Source: Candidatus Eiseniibacteriota bacterium (lineage in GTDB: Bacteria; Eisenbacteria; RBG-16-71-46; CAVPCR01). Taken from it: a stretch of DNA of 64,000 bases. Below the pieces are notes generated by a model. It was not told where the DNA came from and ran no database searches. It worked only from the letters and a program-made list of their open reading frames with translations. A program made the translations under genes and the position numbers. Below are positions 1 through 8,815 of the stretch, in pieces. How positions within the stretch are numbered: position 1 is the first letter of the stretch; each line of letters starts with the position of its first letter. The stretch spans positions 448,001 through 512,000 of the forward strand of contig CAWGMA010000004.1 of the NCBI GenBank assembly GCA_963823555.1, read 5' to 3'.

Positions 1-1185
1 CAGGTCGTTGGGCCGTTCGCCCGCTGGGTGCATGTCCACCGCTTCGAGCCGCAAGAACTCGGCGGTTGCGTGCTCGAGGATCGAGTCGAATATGCGTTGC
101 CCCTGGGTGCCCTGGGCCGCTGGGCCGGAGGTGGCTTGGCTCAGTCCGAAATCAAGCGGTTGTTTCGCTACCGGCACGCCATGACGCGCGGGGATCTGGA
201 GATTCATGCGCGATTCAAGGAGGTGGCCCCGATGCATATCGCCATTACCGGATCCCGCGGTCTCCTGGGATCGAGCCTGGTGCCCTTCCTGACCGCGGGT
301 GGACATCGCGTCACGCGGATCGTGCGCCGGCCCCGGACAGGCGGCCATCTCCCCAGCGCTTCAGGACTGAGCTGGGATACGGTGCATGGCATCAGCGATC
401 CGTCGCTCCTCGAAGGCATCGATGCCGTGGTGCATCTGGCCGGCGAGAACATCGGGGCGGGTCGCTGGTCGGCGGCACGGAAGACCAGGATCCGGCAGAG
501 CCGCGTCGACGGCACGCGACGGCTTGCGGAGACCATCGCCGGCCTCGAGCAGCCGCCACGGGTCCTCGTGTGCGCCTCGGCCATCGGCTACTACGGGAAC
601 CGCGGTGAGGAGCTCCTCGACGAGAACAGCCTCGGCGGTAGGGGCTTCCTCGCCGATCTGTGCCGGGAGTGGGAGGCCGCTGCCGAGCCCGCCGTGCGCG
701 CCGGGGTGCGGACCGTGCACCTGCGCTTCGGGGTGATCTTGAGCCCGGCGGGTGGTGCTCTAGCCAGGATGTTGCCGCTGTTCCGGCTCGGGGCCGGCGG
801 TGTCCTGGGTTCCGGCCGGCAGTTCATGAGCTGGGTGGGGATCGACGATGCGGTCGGTGCCGTCTTGCACGCCTTGGCGAGCGCATCGGTCTCCGGTCCG
901 GTGAATGTGGTATCGCCCGAACCGGTGACCAACGCCGAGTTCACGCGTATCCTGGCCCGAGTTCTGGGTCGTCCGGCGTTGATGTCGGTGCCGGCCTTTG
1001 CGCTTCGCCTCGCCTTCGGCGAGCTCGCTGATGAGACGCTCCTCTCGAGTCAGCGCGCGGCGCCGGCCCGTCTCCTGGCCACCGGCTTTCGCTTCCGCGA
1101 GGCCGGTCTCGAAGGGGCGCTGCGCGGTCTCCTGGGCCGTGAACACGAGGAGACCGCGGGGAAAGGCGCCCAGGGCGCTACGTGA
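1..1185 (+). CDS. TIGR01777-family NAD-dependent epimerase/oxidoreductase with N-terminal SRPBCC domain (5' end outside window)
   Basis: Frame open from base 1 (QVVGPFARWVHVHRF, SRPBCC-like), then Rossmann motif IAITGSRGLLG, VHLAGENI, SAIGYYG and C-terminal LLSSQRAAPARL. Confidence 0.9.
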   Translation, partial: QVVGPFARWVHVHRFEPQELGGCVLEDRVEYALPLGALGRWAGGGLAQSEIKRLFRYRHAMTRGDLEIHARFKEVAPMHIAITGSRGLLGSSLVPFLTAGGHRVTRIVRRPRTGGHLPSASGLSWDTVHGISDPSLLEGIDAVVHLAGENIGAGRWSAARKTRIRQSRVDGTRRLAETIAGLEQPPRVLVCASAIGYYGNRGEELLDENSLGGRGFLADLCREWEAAAEPAVRAGVRTVHLRFGVILSPAGGALARMLPLFRLGAGGVLGSGRQFMSWVGIDDAVGAVLHALASASVSGPVNVVSPEPVTNAEFTRILARVLGRPALMSVPAFALRLAFGELADETLLSSQRAAPARLLATGFRFREAGLEGALRGLLGREHEETAGKGAQGAT

Positions 1186-1287
1186 CCGTGCTCGGCTCGA
1201 CGAAACTCCGGCGACCGCATAGACTCCACGGCTCGAGTCCTGCCCGTAACCGGGAGCCCGGTTCCGGCCCTTCATGGTTGGAGGATC

Positions 1288-2847
1288 ATGGCGAGGGATC
1301 TACGTTCTCTGGCGGAAACGCGCGTCGGCGCCCGGGCGCGCAGCGCCCCGGATGCGCCGCGTCAGCGCGCCGCGGGTATTCTGCTGCATCCGACCTCTCT
1401 CCCCGGGCCGTTCGGCATCGGGGATCTGGGCCCGGATGCCCATCGTTTCATCGATCTCCTGGCCGACTCTGGACATCGTGTCTGGCAGATGTTGCCGCTC
1501 GGGCCGCCCGGGTACGGGAACTCCCCCTATTCGGCGCGCTCTGCCTTTGCCGGCAACGCGTTCTTGCTCTCTCCCGCGCTCCTGGCCGATGAGGGTCTGA
1601 TCGCGCCGGGCGAGCTCAAGTCGGCTCCATCCTTCCCCGCAGGGCATGTCGATTTCAGCGCCGTGGTTGCCTGGAAGGAAAGGCTCTTCCGCAGCGCCTT
1701 TCATCGCTTCCAGGATCGGGACGGACGGGCCGAGCTCGAGGCCTTCACCGCGGCGAACGCGAGCTGGCTTCCAGACTACGTGCTGTTCATGGCATTGCGA
1801 GCCCACCACCCCGGGGGATGGCACGAATGGCCGCGGGAGCTCGTGCGTCGCGAACCCGCCGCACTGGCTGGCGCCGGAGCCCAGCTCGCCGAGGAGGTGG
1901 CCTACCACACCTTCCTCCAGTCTCGCTTCGCACAGCAGTGGGCCGCGCTGAGGATCCATGCGCAAGATGCCGGCGTTCGCCTCTTCGGCGACATTCCCAT
2001 CTTCGTCGCCGACGATTCGGCCGACGTATGGGCCCATCAGAGTCTCTTCGAGCTCGATGCCAGGGGGCGCCCGCTCGTGGTCGCCGGGGTCCCGCCCGAC
2101 TACTTCTCCGCCACCGGGCAGCTGTGGGGCAATCCGGTCTATCGCTGGGATACTCTCGCCGCCACCGGATATCGATGGTGGATCGAGCGCTTTCGCCGCA
2201 CCTTCGAACTCGTCGATATGGCCCGCATCGATCACTTCCGTGGCTTCGAAGCCACGTGGCAGGTGCCCGCCGGAGAAGAGACCGCCGAGCGCGGGGCCTG
2301 GGTGCCGGGTCCCGGGCTCGAGCTGTTCCGCGGCGTCGAGAGCGAACTCGGCCGGCTTGCCATCGTGGCCGAGGATCTCGGTCTGATCACCGAGCAGGTC
2401 CGCATCCTCCGTGATGCCACTGGCTACCCTGGAATGCGCGTGCTGCAATTCGCCTTCGAGGGGGATCCCGGCCATCCTTTCCTTCCACACAACTACGTGC
2501 CCAACACGGTCGCCTACAGCGGCACGCACGACAACGACACGACCCGTGGCTGGTATGCGTCCCTGGAGACCGATGGACGCGAGAAGCTCGCTCGGTATCT
2601 CGGGTGTCCGGTCGATGGTGATCGGGTGGTGGATCACATCATTCGCCTGGCGTATCAGTCGGTTGCCGACCTGGCCGTGATCCCGATGCAGGACGTGCTC
2701 GACTTGGGCAGTGCGGCGCGCATGAACACGCCGGCCGTGCCCAACGGCAACTGGGAGTGGCGCTTTGCATGGGATGACGTGAGGCCGGAACGCTGGGCCT
2801 GGCTCGAGGCCCTCGCTCATGTTTACGGCCGCCGGCCGGATTCCTAG
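1288..2847 (+). CDS. malQ: 4-alpha-glucanotransferase (amylomaltase, GH77)
   Basis: GILLHPTSLPG, GDIPIFVA, GVPPDYFS, RIDHFRGF, AEDLG, THDNDT motifs; GGAGG RBS. Confidence 0.97.
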   Translation: MARDLRSLAETRVGARARSAPDAPRQRAAGILLHPTSLPGPFGIGDLGPDAHRFIDLLADSGHRVWQMLPLGPPGYGNSPYSARSAFAGNAFLLSPALLADEGLIAPGELKSAPSFPAGHVDFSAVVAWKERLFRSAFHRFQDRDGRAELEAFTAANASWLPDYVLFMALRAHHPGGWHEWPRELVRREPAALAGAGAQLAEEVAYHTFLQSRFAQQWAALRIHAQDAGVRLFGDIPIFVADDSADVWAHQSLFELDARGRPLVVAGVPPDYFSATGQLWGNPVYRWDTLAATGYRWWIERFRRTFELVDMARIDHFRGFEATWQVPAGEETAERGAWVPGPGLELFRGVESELGRLAIVAEDLGLITEQVRILRDATGYPGMRVLQFAFEGDPGHPFLPHNYVPNTVAYSGTHDNDTTRGWYASLETDGREKLARYLGCPVDGDRVVDHIIRLAYQSVADLAVIPMQDVLDLGSAARMNTPAVPNGNWEWRFAWDDVRPERWAWLEALAHVYGRRPDS

Positions 2848-2882
2848 ATCGAGCGGGCAGGGCCGCGCCGGTCACGGCTAGG

Positions 2883-4355
2883 TCATCCGGGCTCCGTCGT
2901 CCGGGTCAGGAATCCGCCCTTCGTCATCCGTCGCGAGTCCAGCACGCGGTCGAGCTCTTCCGGAGGCAGAACCCTCATCTCGAGGGCCACCTCGCGCACG
3001 CTGCGCCCGCTCGCCGCCGCTTCCTTGGCGATATCGGCTGCGGCATCGTAGCCGATGATCGGAGCAAGGGCCGTGGCAAGCGCCAGTGATCTCTCGATCC
3101 GATGGGCGATGGACTCCTCGTCGGCGCGCAGATCGCGCACCAGACGAGCCTCGAAGTTGCGCGTGGCGGCGGCCAGGATGCCGATCGATCCCAGGAGGTT
3201 CAGCGCCATGACGGGTAGCATCGCGTTGAGTTCGAAGTTTCCGCCAGCGCCGGCCAGCGAGACGACAAGGTCGTTCCCCATCACCTGAGCGCAGACCATG
3301 ATCAGCGACTCGGCGATGACGGGGTTCACCTTGCCGGGCATGATCGATGAACCAGGCTGCACGGCCGGCAAGATCAGCTCGCCCAGCCCGAGTCGGGGCC
3401 CCGAGCCGAGCCAGCGCAAGTCGTTCGCGATCTTGGTCAGTGCCACGGCGGTGCCGCGCAGGGCGCCCGACACCTCGACGGCGGCATCGCGAGCGGATTG
3501 GGCGGCGAAGTGGTCGGTCGCTTCGCGGAGTGGTAGGCCGGTGCGATCGGCGAGGATCCGGATGGCGCGCGGAGCGAACTCCGGGTGGGCGTTCAGGCCG
3601 GTGCCGACCGCCGTCCCGCCGAGCGGCAACTCGGTGAGGGATTCGGCGCTGCGACGGAGTCGGGCGCTGGCTTGCTCGATCTGCGTCGAGTAGCCGCGGA
3701 AGACCTGCCCCAGCGTGACCGGAGTGGCATCCTGAAGGTGGGTACGGCCACTCGTCACAATGGCAGCGAATTCGCGGCTTTTGCGTGTCAGCGTGGTCTG
3801 GAGGGTTTCAAGGGCCGGCAACAGATCGTCGCGGAGTTGTGTCAGCGCAGCGAGATGGATCGCCGTGGGGATCACGTCATTGGAGGACTGGCAGAGATTG
3901 ACGTGGTCGTTGGGATGGACTTCCCGCGAGCCGATGGCGCCGCCAAGCATCTCGATCGCCCGGTTCGCGATGACTTCGTTGGCGTTCATGTTGGTCGACG
4001 TGCCGGAGCCGGTCTGGAAGATGTCGAGCACGAACTGATCGTCATGCTGCCCGCCGGCCACTTCGCCGGCAGCGGAGATGATGGCGTCACCCCGCCGCCG
4101 ATCCAAAAGTTCGAGATCGGCGTTGGCTCGAGCCGCAGCCCACTTGATGAGTCCCAGCGCAGCGATGAATGAGCGCGGGAAACGAAGGTCCGAGATGGGG
4201 AAGTTCTCGATGGCGCGCTGGGTCTGTGCGCCGTAGTAAGCCTTGGCGGGGACGCGAACGTTCCCCATCGAGTCCCGTTCGATGCGCTCCGGACCCTGTC
4301 TTGAGCCCATGGGTTGTTTTCCTCGCCTGACCGGGGAGATGTGGTTGGCGTTCAT
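2883..4355 (-). CDS. fumC: Class II fumarate hydratase (start may be 4310)
   Basis: RIERDSMG, QTGSGTSTNMNANE, HPNDHVN, GRTHLQDA, signature GSSIMPGKVNP. Confidence 0.93.
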   Translation of the reverse strand: MNANHISPVRRGKQPMGSRQGPERIERDSMGNVRVPAKAYYGAQTQRAIENFPISDLRFPRSFIAALGLIKWAAARANADLELLDRRRGDAIISAAGEVAGGQHDDQFVLDIFQTGSGTSTNMNANEVIANRAIEMLGGAIGSREVHPNDHVNLCQSSNDVIPTAIHLAALTQLRDDLLPALETLQTTLTRKSREFAAIVTSGRTHLQDATPVTLGQVFRGYSTQIEQASARLRRSAESLTELPLGGTAVGTGLNAHPEFAPRAIRILADRTGLPLREATDHFAAQSARDAAVEVSGALRGTAVALTKIANDLRWLGSGPRLGLGELILPAVQPGSSIMPGKVNPVIAESLIMVCAQVMGNDLVVSLAGAGGNFELNAMLPVMALNLLGSIGILAAATRNFEARLVRDLRADEESIAHRIERSLALATALAPIIGYDAAADIAKEAAASGRSVREVALEMRVLPPEELDRVLDSRRMTKGGFLTRTTEPG

Positions 4356-4423
4356 CTGGAGACGCAGCCGACGATAGCATGGGCCTGCGCGCCATGGTGG
4401 GAACGGGCGGCGCGGGCACCTCC

Positions 4424-4553
4424 GGGGCGAATTGTCCCGGGATGAGGCATAATGCCCCTGAAAACTGGGGGGTGCCGGCCACCCAGCTCCAATGCTAAGC
4501 TATTAATCAACAATATGTTAAAGGATGTCATCAACATTGGCACGTTCATTGAA
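4424..4553 (+). promoter_or_regulatory. Putative sigma54 promoter: paired enhancer-like palindromes, AT-rich (IHF-like) segment and -24/-12 element
   Basis: GGGGCGAATTGTCCC (4424) and GAGGCATAATGCCCC (4444) start 20 bp apart; AT-rich 4491-4535; TGGCACG-TTCA-TTGA at 4538-4552 (GA instead of GC at -12); NtrC-family activator encoded downstream. Confidence 0.55.
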
Positions 4554-4562
4554 TAGCACCTC

Positions 4563-4845
4563 AGGCGAACGGGCCCCGGTGCAGCGCACGCAAAGGGGCG
4601 ACGCTGCCGCGAACCCCTTGAGGGCCGGGGATGGCGCGGCGCGCGCAGCGGGGCTCACCATTTTCGACTACCGGCGAACGGTCGCCGGGACAAAGCCTAG
4701 GTTCACCGGCCCCGGGGAGCGCGTCCCGGGGCCCACCTCCTCCGCGAGCTGCCGATCGTCGTGCGGGGGCGCCACATGCCTCGGCGCAGCTGCTTCGGTG
4801 CAGTTGCCCATCCCCCGGGGCGTGCTGGTGCCCCCGTCGTTTTTT
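4563..4845 (+). ncRNA. Candidate ~280-nt sRNA or structured leader (boundaries approximate)
   Basis: No credible ORF; hairpin 4708-4733; long stem 4764-4784 pairing with 4815-4836, followed by T6 (4840-4845); CACCTCCTCC at 4734-4743. Confidence 0.45.
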
Positions 4846-5048
4846 GTTGTGGTTCGTGCTCGCAGGCGCGGGTACTTCGCCGGCCAGAGTCCGGGCGGAG
4901 CGCTCCTGGCGATAGGGGCTGCTAGACTCGCTCTCGGAGCTTCGCCTCGAAGCCGGACCTCTGGAGATGTTCACTCCCTGACGGCCGGGCTGGTTGCCAG
5001 AAGTCCCAGAGTGGGACCGGCTCACCAGTCACAAGAGCCTCACCTGCC

Positions 5049-6728
5049 ATGCGCCTAGGTTATCGCCTGAGCTTCGCCCTGATCGCAGCCTCCGTGCTCG
5101 TTACCACCCTGTTCGGGGTGCTGGCGATGCGCGATGAAAGACGCGATCTGATCAACACGATGAAGCACGAGACCTGGATCACGGTGGCCACGCTCCAGCC
5201 CGCCATCGAGTTCGCTCTCGTGCGCCGCGACTCCACTCAGGTTCGAGAGCTGCTTGACGGCCTCGGGCACCAACGCATTCTCGGCGCCGCCATTTTCCAC
5301 CCCGATGGCTCCCTCATCATCGGATCCACGGCGTTGCCCGTGACGAGCGCACCAGAGGAGCCCGACGTTCATCAGGTGCTCGCCGAGACGGAACCTGCGC
5401 ACGCCTTCATCGATATGCTCGGAGAGCGGGTCTACGCCTATTCGGTGCCTCTCCTCGATCAGGAGGGCAATCCGCATGCGGTCCTGGCCGTTTATCACCT
5501 CACCGGATACCTGGAGGATGATCTGGCGCGAGAGCGGCTGGTTCTCCTCGTCACCCTCCTCGCGGGGAGCGTCATTACCGCCGGCCTCGTCTTCTTCATT
5601 GTCAACCGTGCCGTGTCGCGACCGATCGACGGCCTGATTCGCAAGGTCACCGCTCTGCGGCGGGGCGAGTTCCCTGGGGCCGTCACCGCGGGTGAGGAGT
5701 CTTCGGCGAGTGCGGACGCCGTCGAGCCGGGCGCCGCTCCGGCGGCGAGCACGCCCGTGGGGGAGCCAACCCCGGAACCGGGTCCGGTGGCCGCTGCTCC
5801 TGTCGCCGCGCACGTGACCCGCGAAACCGCGTTGCAGCCGAACGGCCAGGGGGACGAGCTCGGACGCCTGGCCCATGAGTTCGATCGTATGGCGGAGAAC
5901 CTGGAACGTTCACGCGAGGCGCTCATCGAGGAAGCGGGGAAGCGTATCATGGTGGAGCGCGGCCTGCGCCGCTTCGATCGCATGGCAACCCTCGGCCAGC
6001 TCACCTCGAATCTGGCGCACGAGGTCGGCACGCCATTGGGCGTCTTGCGGGGGCGTGCCGAGTTCCTGCTCAGCGAAGTGTCCGATCGGCCTGAAGCGCG
6101 GCGGGAGGTCGAGATCATCATCGCCCAGATCGATCGCATCACACGAACGATCGAACGGTTTCTGTCCGTATCTCGCACCTCGCCGCATGCTCCGGAGCGG
6201 ATTGTTGGTGACGAGCTGGTGCGCGAGGCGGCTGCTCTCGTCGATCTCGAATGCCGCCGCCAGGGGATCCGGCTCACGGTGGAGCCGAACGCCGGGGATC
6301 TGGCCATCCGCGGTCAGCGCGATGGCTTCATGCAGGTTCTCCTCAACATGGCGGTCAATGGCTTGCAGGCGATGGCGGAAGGGGGCGAACTACGGATCGC
6401 TTCACGGCCTGCCGAGCTCCGCGGCATCCCCGCGCTCGAGTTCGAGGTGTCCGACAACGGCAGCGGCATTCCCGAGGAAATCAAGAAGCAGATCTTCGAG
6501 CCGTTCTTCTCCACGCGCGGGACCACCGGACTCGGTCTGTTCATCTCCCACAGCATTGTGCGCGAACATGGCGGCGTGACCGTGGTGGAAAGCGAGCCGG
6601 GGCGGGGGTCGACCTTCACCGTCCGCATTCCGGTCACCGAGCAGGATGAAGGCGGCGGCGACGCCCCGACCGAGGGCGAGGATCCGGCGGGGGCCGGGGC
6701 AGCGAGCCAGCCGCAAGGAGGCAGCTAG
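5049..6728 (+). CDS. Membrane sensor histidine kinase (HAMP-HisKA-HATPase)
   Basis: Two TM segments, HAMP, H-box LAHEVGTPL, N-box QVLLNMAVNG, DNGSGI, FEPFFST, GLGL. Confidence 0.95.
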   Translation: MRLGYRLSFALIAASVLVTTLFGVLAMRDERRDLINTMKHETWITVATLQPAIEFALVRRDSTQVRELLDGLGHQRILGAAIFHPDGSLIIGSTALPVTSAPEEPDVHQVLAETEPAHAFIDMLGERVYAYSVPLLDQEGNPHAVLAVYHLTGYLEDDLARERLVLLVTLLAGSVITAGLVFFIVNRAVSRPIDGLIRKVTALRRGEFPGAVTAGEESSASADAVEPGAAPAASTPVGEPTPEPGPVAAAPVAAHVTRETALQPNGQGDELGRLAHEFDRMAENLERSREALIEEAGKRIMVERGLRRFDRMATLGQLTSNLAHEVGTPLGVLRGRAEFLLSEVSDRPEARREVEIIIAQIDRITRTIERFLSVSRTSPHAPERIVGDELVREAAALVDLECRRQGIRLTVEPNAGDLAIRGQRDGFMQVLLNMAVNGLQAMAEGGELRIASRPAELRGIPALEFEVSDNGSGIPEEIKKQIFEPFFSTRGTTGLGLFISHSIVREHGGVTVVESEPGRGSTFTVRIPVTEQDEGGGDAPTEGEDPAGAGAASQPQGGS

Positions 6729-6730
6729 GC

Positions 6731-8092
6731 GTGGCCCACTGGAATGTGCTGATCGTCGACGACGATGAGGAGATGTGCCGCCTCCTGAGTGAGCACCTGG
6801 CCCGAGAGAAGCTGTTTACGTCCTATGTGCTCAGCGCGGAGGAGGCTCTGGATCACGTCGGGCGCTTACCTTGCGATCTCGTGGTGACCGACCTCCGTCT
6901 CGGCGAGACCACCATCACTGATCTGCTGCCCGATTTCCTCCGCCTCCGGCCCGGGCTGCCGATCATCATCATCACCGCCTTCGGAACTCTCGATTCGGCG
7001 GTCCAGGCGATGAAACTCGGAGCCTTCGACTACATCACCAAACCGTTCCCCCTGGCCGCGCTGTCCCTGGCTGTGCGGCGCGCACTCGAGCACCGGGAGC
7101 TCGAACACGAAGTGCGCGAGCTGCGCCGCAAACTGGGTGAGGAGGGTAGCGCCGCCTTGCGGCTGGTCGGGCGGAGTCCAGCCATGGCCAGGCTCAGGGA
7201 CCTCGTGGGTCGTGTGGCTCAGGCCAACGCCAATGTGCTCATCACCGGGGAGAGCGGGGTGGGGAAGGAAGTGGTGGCGCGGAACCTGCATGCGGCGAGC
7301 TCGCGCGCCGAGGCGCCCTTCGTCCCCATCAACTGCGCGGCGATTCCGGAGACCCTGCTCGAGAGCGAGCTCTTTGGTCACACCCGCGGTGCCTTCACCG
7401 GGGCGTCGGCTGAACGCCGGGGGCTCTTTGCCGAGGCCAGCGGTGGCACGCTGTTCCTCGATGAGGTGGCGGAGATGGCGCCGGCTCTGCAGGCCAAGCT
7501 CTTGCGCGTGTTGCAGGATGGAGAGGTGCGCCCGCTGGGGCAATCCCGGGCGATGCGGGTCGATGTCCGCGTGATATCAGCGACCAACCGCAACCCCGAA
7601 GAGGAAATGGCCGAGGGTCGCCTGCGCGAGGATCTCTTCTACCGTCTGAGCGTGCTGCACATCGAGATCCCGCCCCTCAGGGATCGACGGGAGGACATCC
7701 TGCTCCTGGCCGAGGATCTGCTCGCCAAGGCGGCAAACGAGCAAGGGACGTCCCCGCCGCGGCTCGATGCTGAAGTGCGACGCATTCTTCTCGATTACCC
7801 CTGGCCCGGGAACGTCCGCGAGCTCGACAACGTGATGCGCCACGCGCTGGCGCTGGCCAATGGCACGGAGGTCGGCCTCGAGGTATTGCCTCCTCGATTG
7901 CTCGGGCATGATCGCGAGCGGTCACTGCTCGGGCGAGCGGCTGGATCACAGCTCACGCTCGCCGAGCTCGAACGCCTCTACATTCTGGAGGTGCTGAAGA
8001 CGGAGGGCGGCAGCCGCACCCGGGCTGCCACCGTTCTCGGGCTGGACCGGAAGACGCTCTACCGGAAGCTCAAGTCCTACGGACAGGACTGA
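6731..8092 (+). CDS. Sigma54-dependent NtrC/AtoC-family response regulator
   Basis: Receiver (VDDD...TD...TK), Walker A GESGVGKE, GAFTGA, LFLDE, WPGNVREL, C-terminal Fis-type HTH. Confidence 0.97.
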   Translation: MAHWNVLIVDDDEEMCRLLSEHLAREKLFTSYVLSAEEALDHVGRLPCDLVVTDLRLGETTITDLLPDFLRLRPGLPIIIITAFGTLDSAVQAMKLGAFDYITKPFPLAALSLAVRRALEHRELEHEVRELRRKLGEEGSAALRLVGRSPAMARLRDLVGRVAQANANVLITGESGVGKEVVARNLHAASSRAEAPFVPINCAAIPETLLESELFGHTRGAFTGASAERRGLFAEASGGTLFLDEVAEMAPALQAKLLRVLQDGEVRPLGQSRAMRVDVRVISATNRNPEEEMAEGRLREDLFYRLSVLHIEIPPLRDRREDILLLAEDLLAKAANEQGTSPPRLDAEVRRILLDYPWPGNVRELDNVMRHALALANGTEVGLEVLPPRLLGHDRERSLLGRAAGSQLTLAELERLYILEVLKTEGGSRTRAATVLGLDRKTLYRKLKSYGQD

Positions 8093-8153
8093 GCGCCGCA
8101 CGGCCATCCACCACGGAAGGACGGAGATTCGCCGTTCCCGGTCCCCTCGCGCG

Positions 8154-8582
8154 TCAGTTCCCTCGTAGCATCTTCCTTACTTCTTCGACGTGATCGGTCT
8201 CGAGGCGGACGAAGCCGCGTGCCATCTCCTCGAGCGCGATGTCATCACCGGCCAGCTTGGCGAGTTTCTTGTAGAGCTCGAGGGTCTTCTCTTCGTGGAT
8301 GAGGCTCTCCTTGAGGATCTGGTCCACCGAGTGCATGTTGGTCTCTTCGACTTGCGCCAGGACCATCGGGGGATGGCCGCCGAGCGCAGTGATCTTCTCG
8401 CCGATCATGATGGCGTGGCTCATGCTCTCCTGGGCCTGGCTGCGGAACCACTGCTGGATCGGGATTCGGTTGTGACCCATGACCATGAATGAATAATGGA
8501 GATAGCGGCTGATCCCGGCCATCTCGCCCTGGAAGATCTGGTGCAGACACTCGAGGATCTTATTGTTGGCAGCTGCGCTCAT
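8154..8582 (-). CDS. Bacterioferritin/ferritin-like diiron protein
   Basis: E...Y, ESMSH, ESLIHE, ETDH carboxylate/His pattern of a ferritin-like four-helix bundle; AGGAG RBS. Confidence 0.85.
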   Translation of the reverse strand: MSAAANNKILECLHQIFQGEMAGISRYLHYSFMVMGHNRIPIQQWFRSQAQESMSHAIMIGEKITALGGHPPMVLAQVEETNMHSVDQILKESLIHEEKTLELYKKLAKLAGDDIALEEMARGFVRLETDHVEEVRKMLRGN

Positions 8583-8815
8583 GCGCTCTCCTGTTGGTGG
8601 CCGTTTTTTGGGGGGGTTGCGGCTCCAGCCGCGCCCCGGGAGAAACCTGACGCGCCAGGCCCTGTCGCCTACCGCCCGGGGTTCGTGGCGGCTCGTGGGC
8701 GTCGAGGCGCTGGCTTCGCGAACAGAGAAGCCTAGCGGACGCGGCAGGATCGGTCAAACGGCCGGGCAGTCTGGAACGTGGCGGAGTAGCGCCCGAAGCG
8801 CCATACTCCCCGATC

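Noticed and set aside
4560..4720. c-di-GMP-I riboswitch (GCAAAG and GGGACAAAGCC fragments)
   Set aside because: The GGCAAAC-hairpin-GGGACGCAAAG order and spacing are not present
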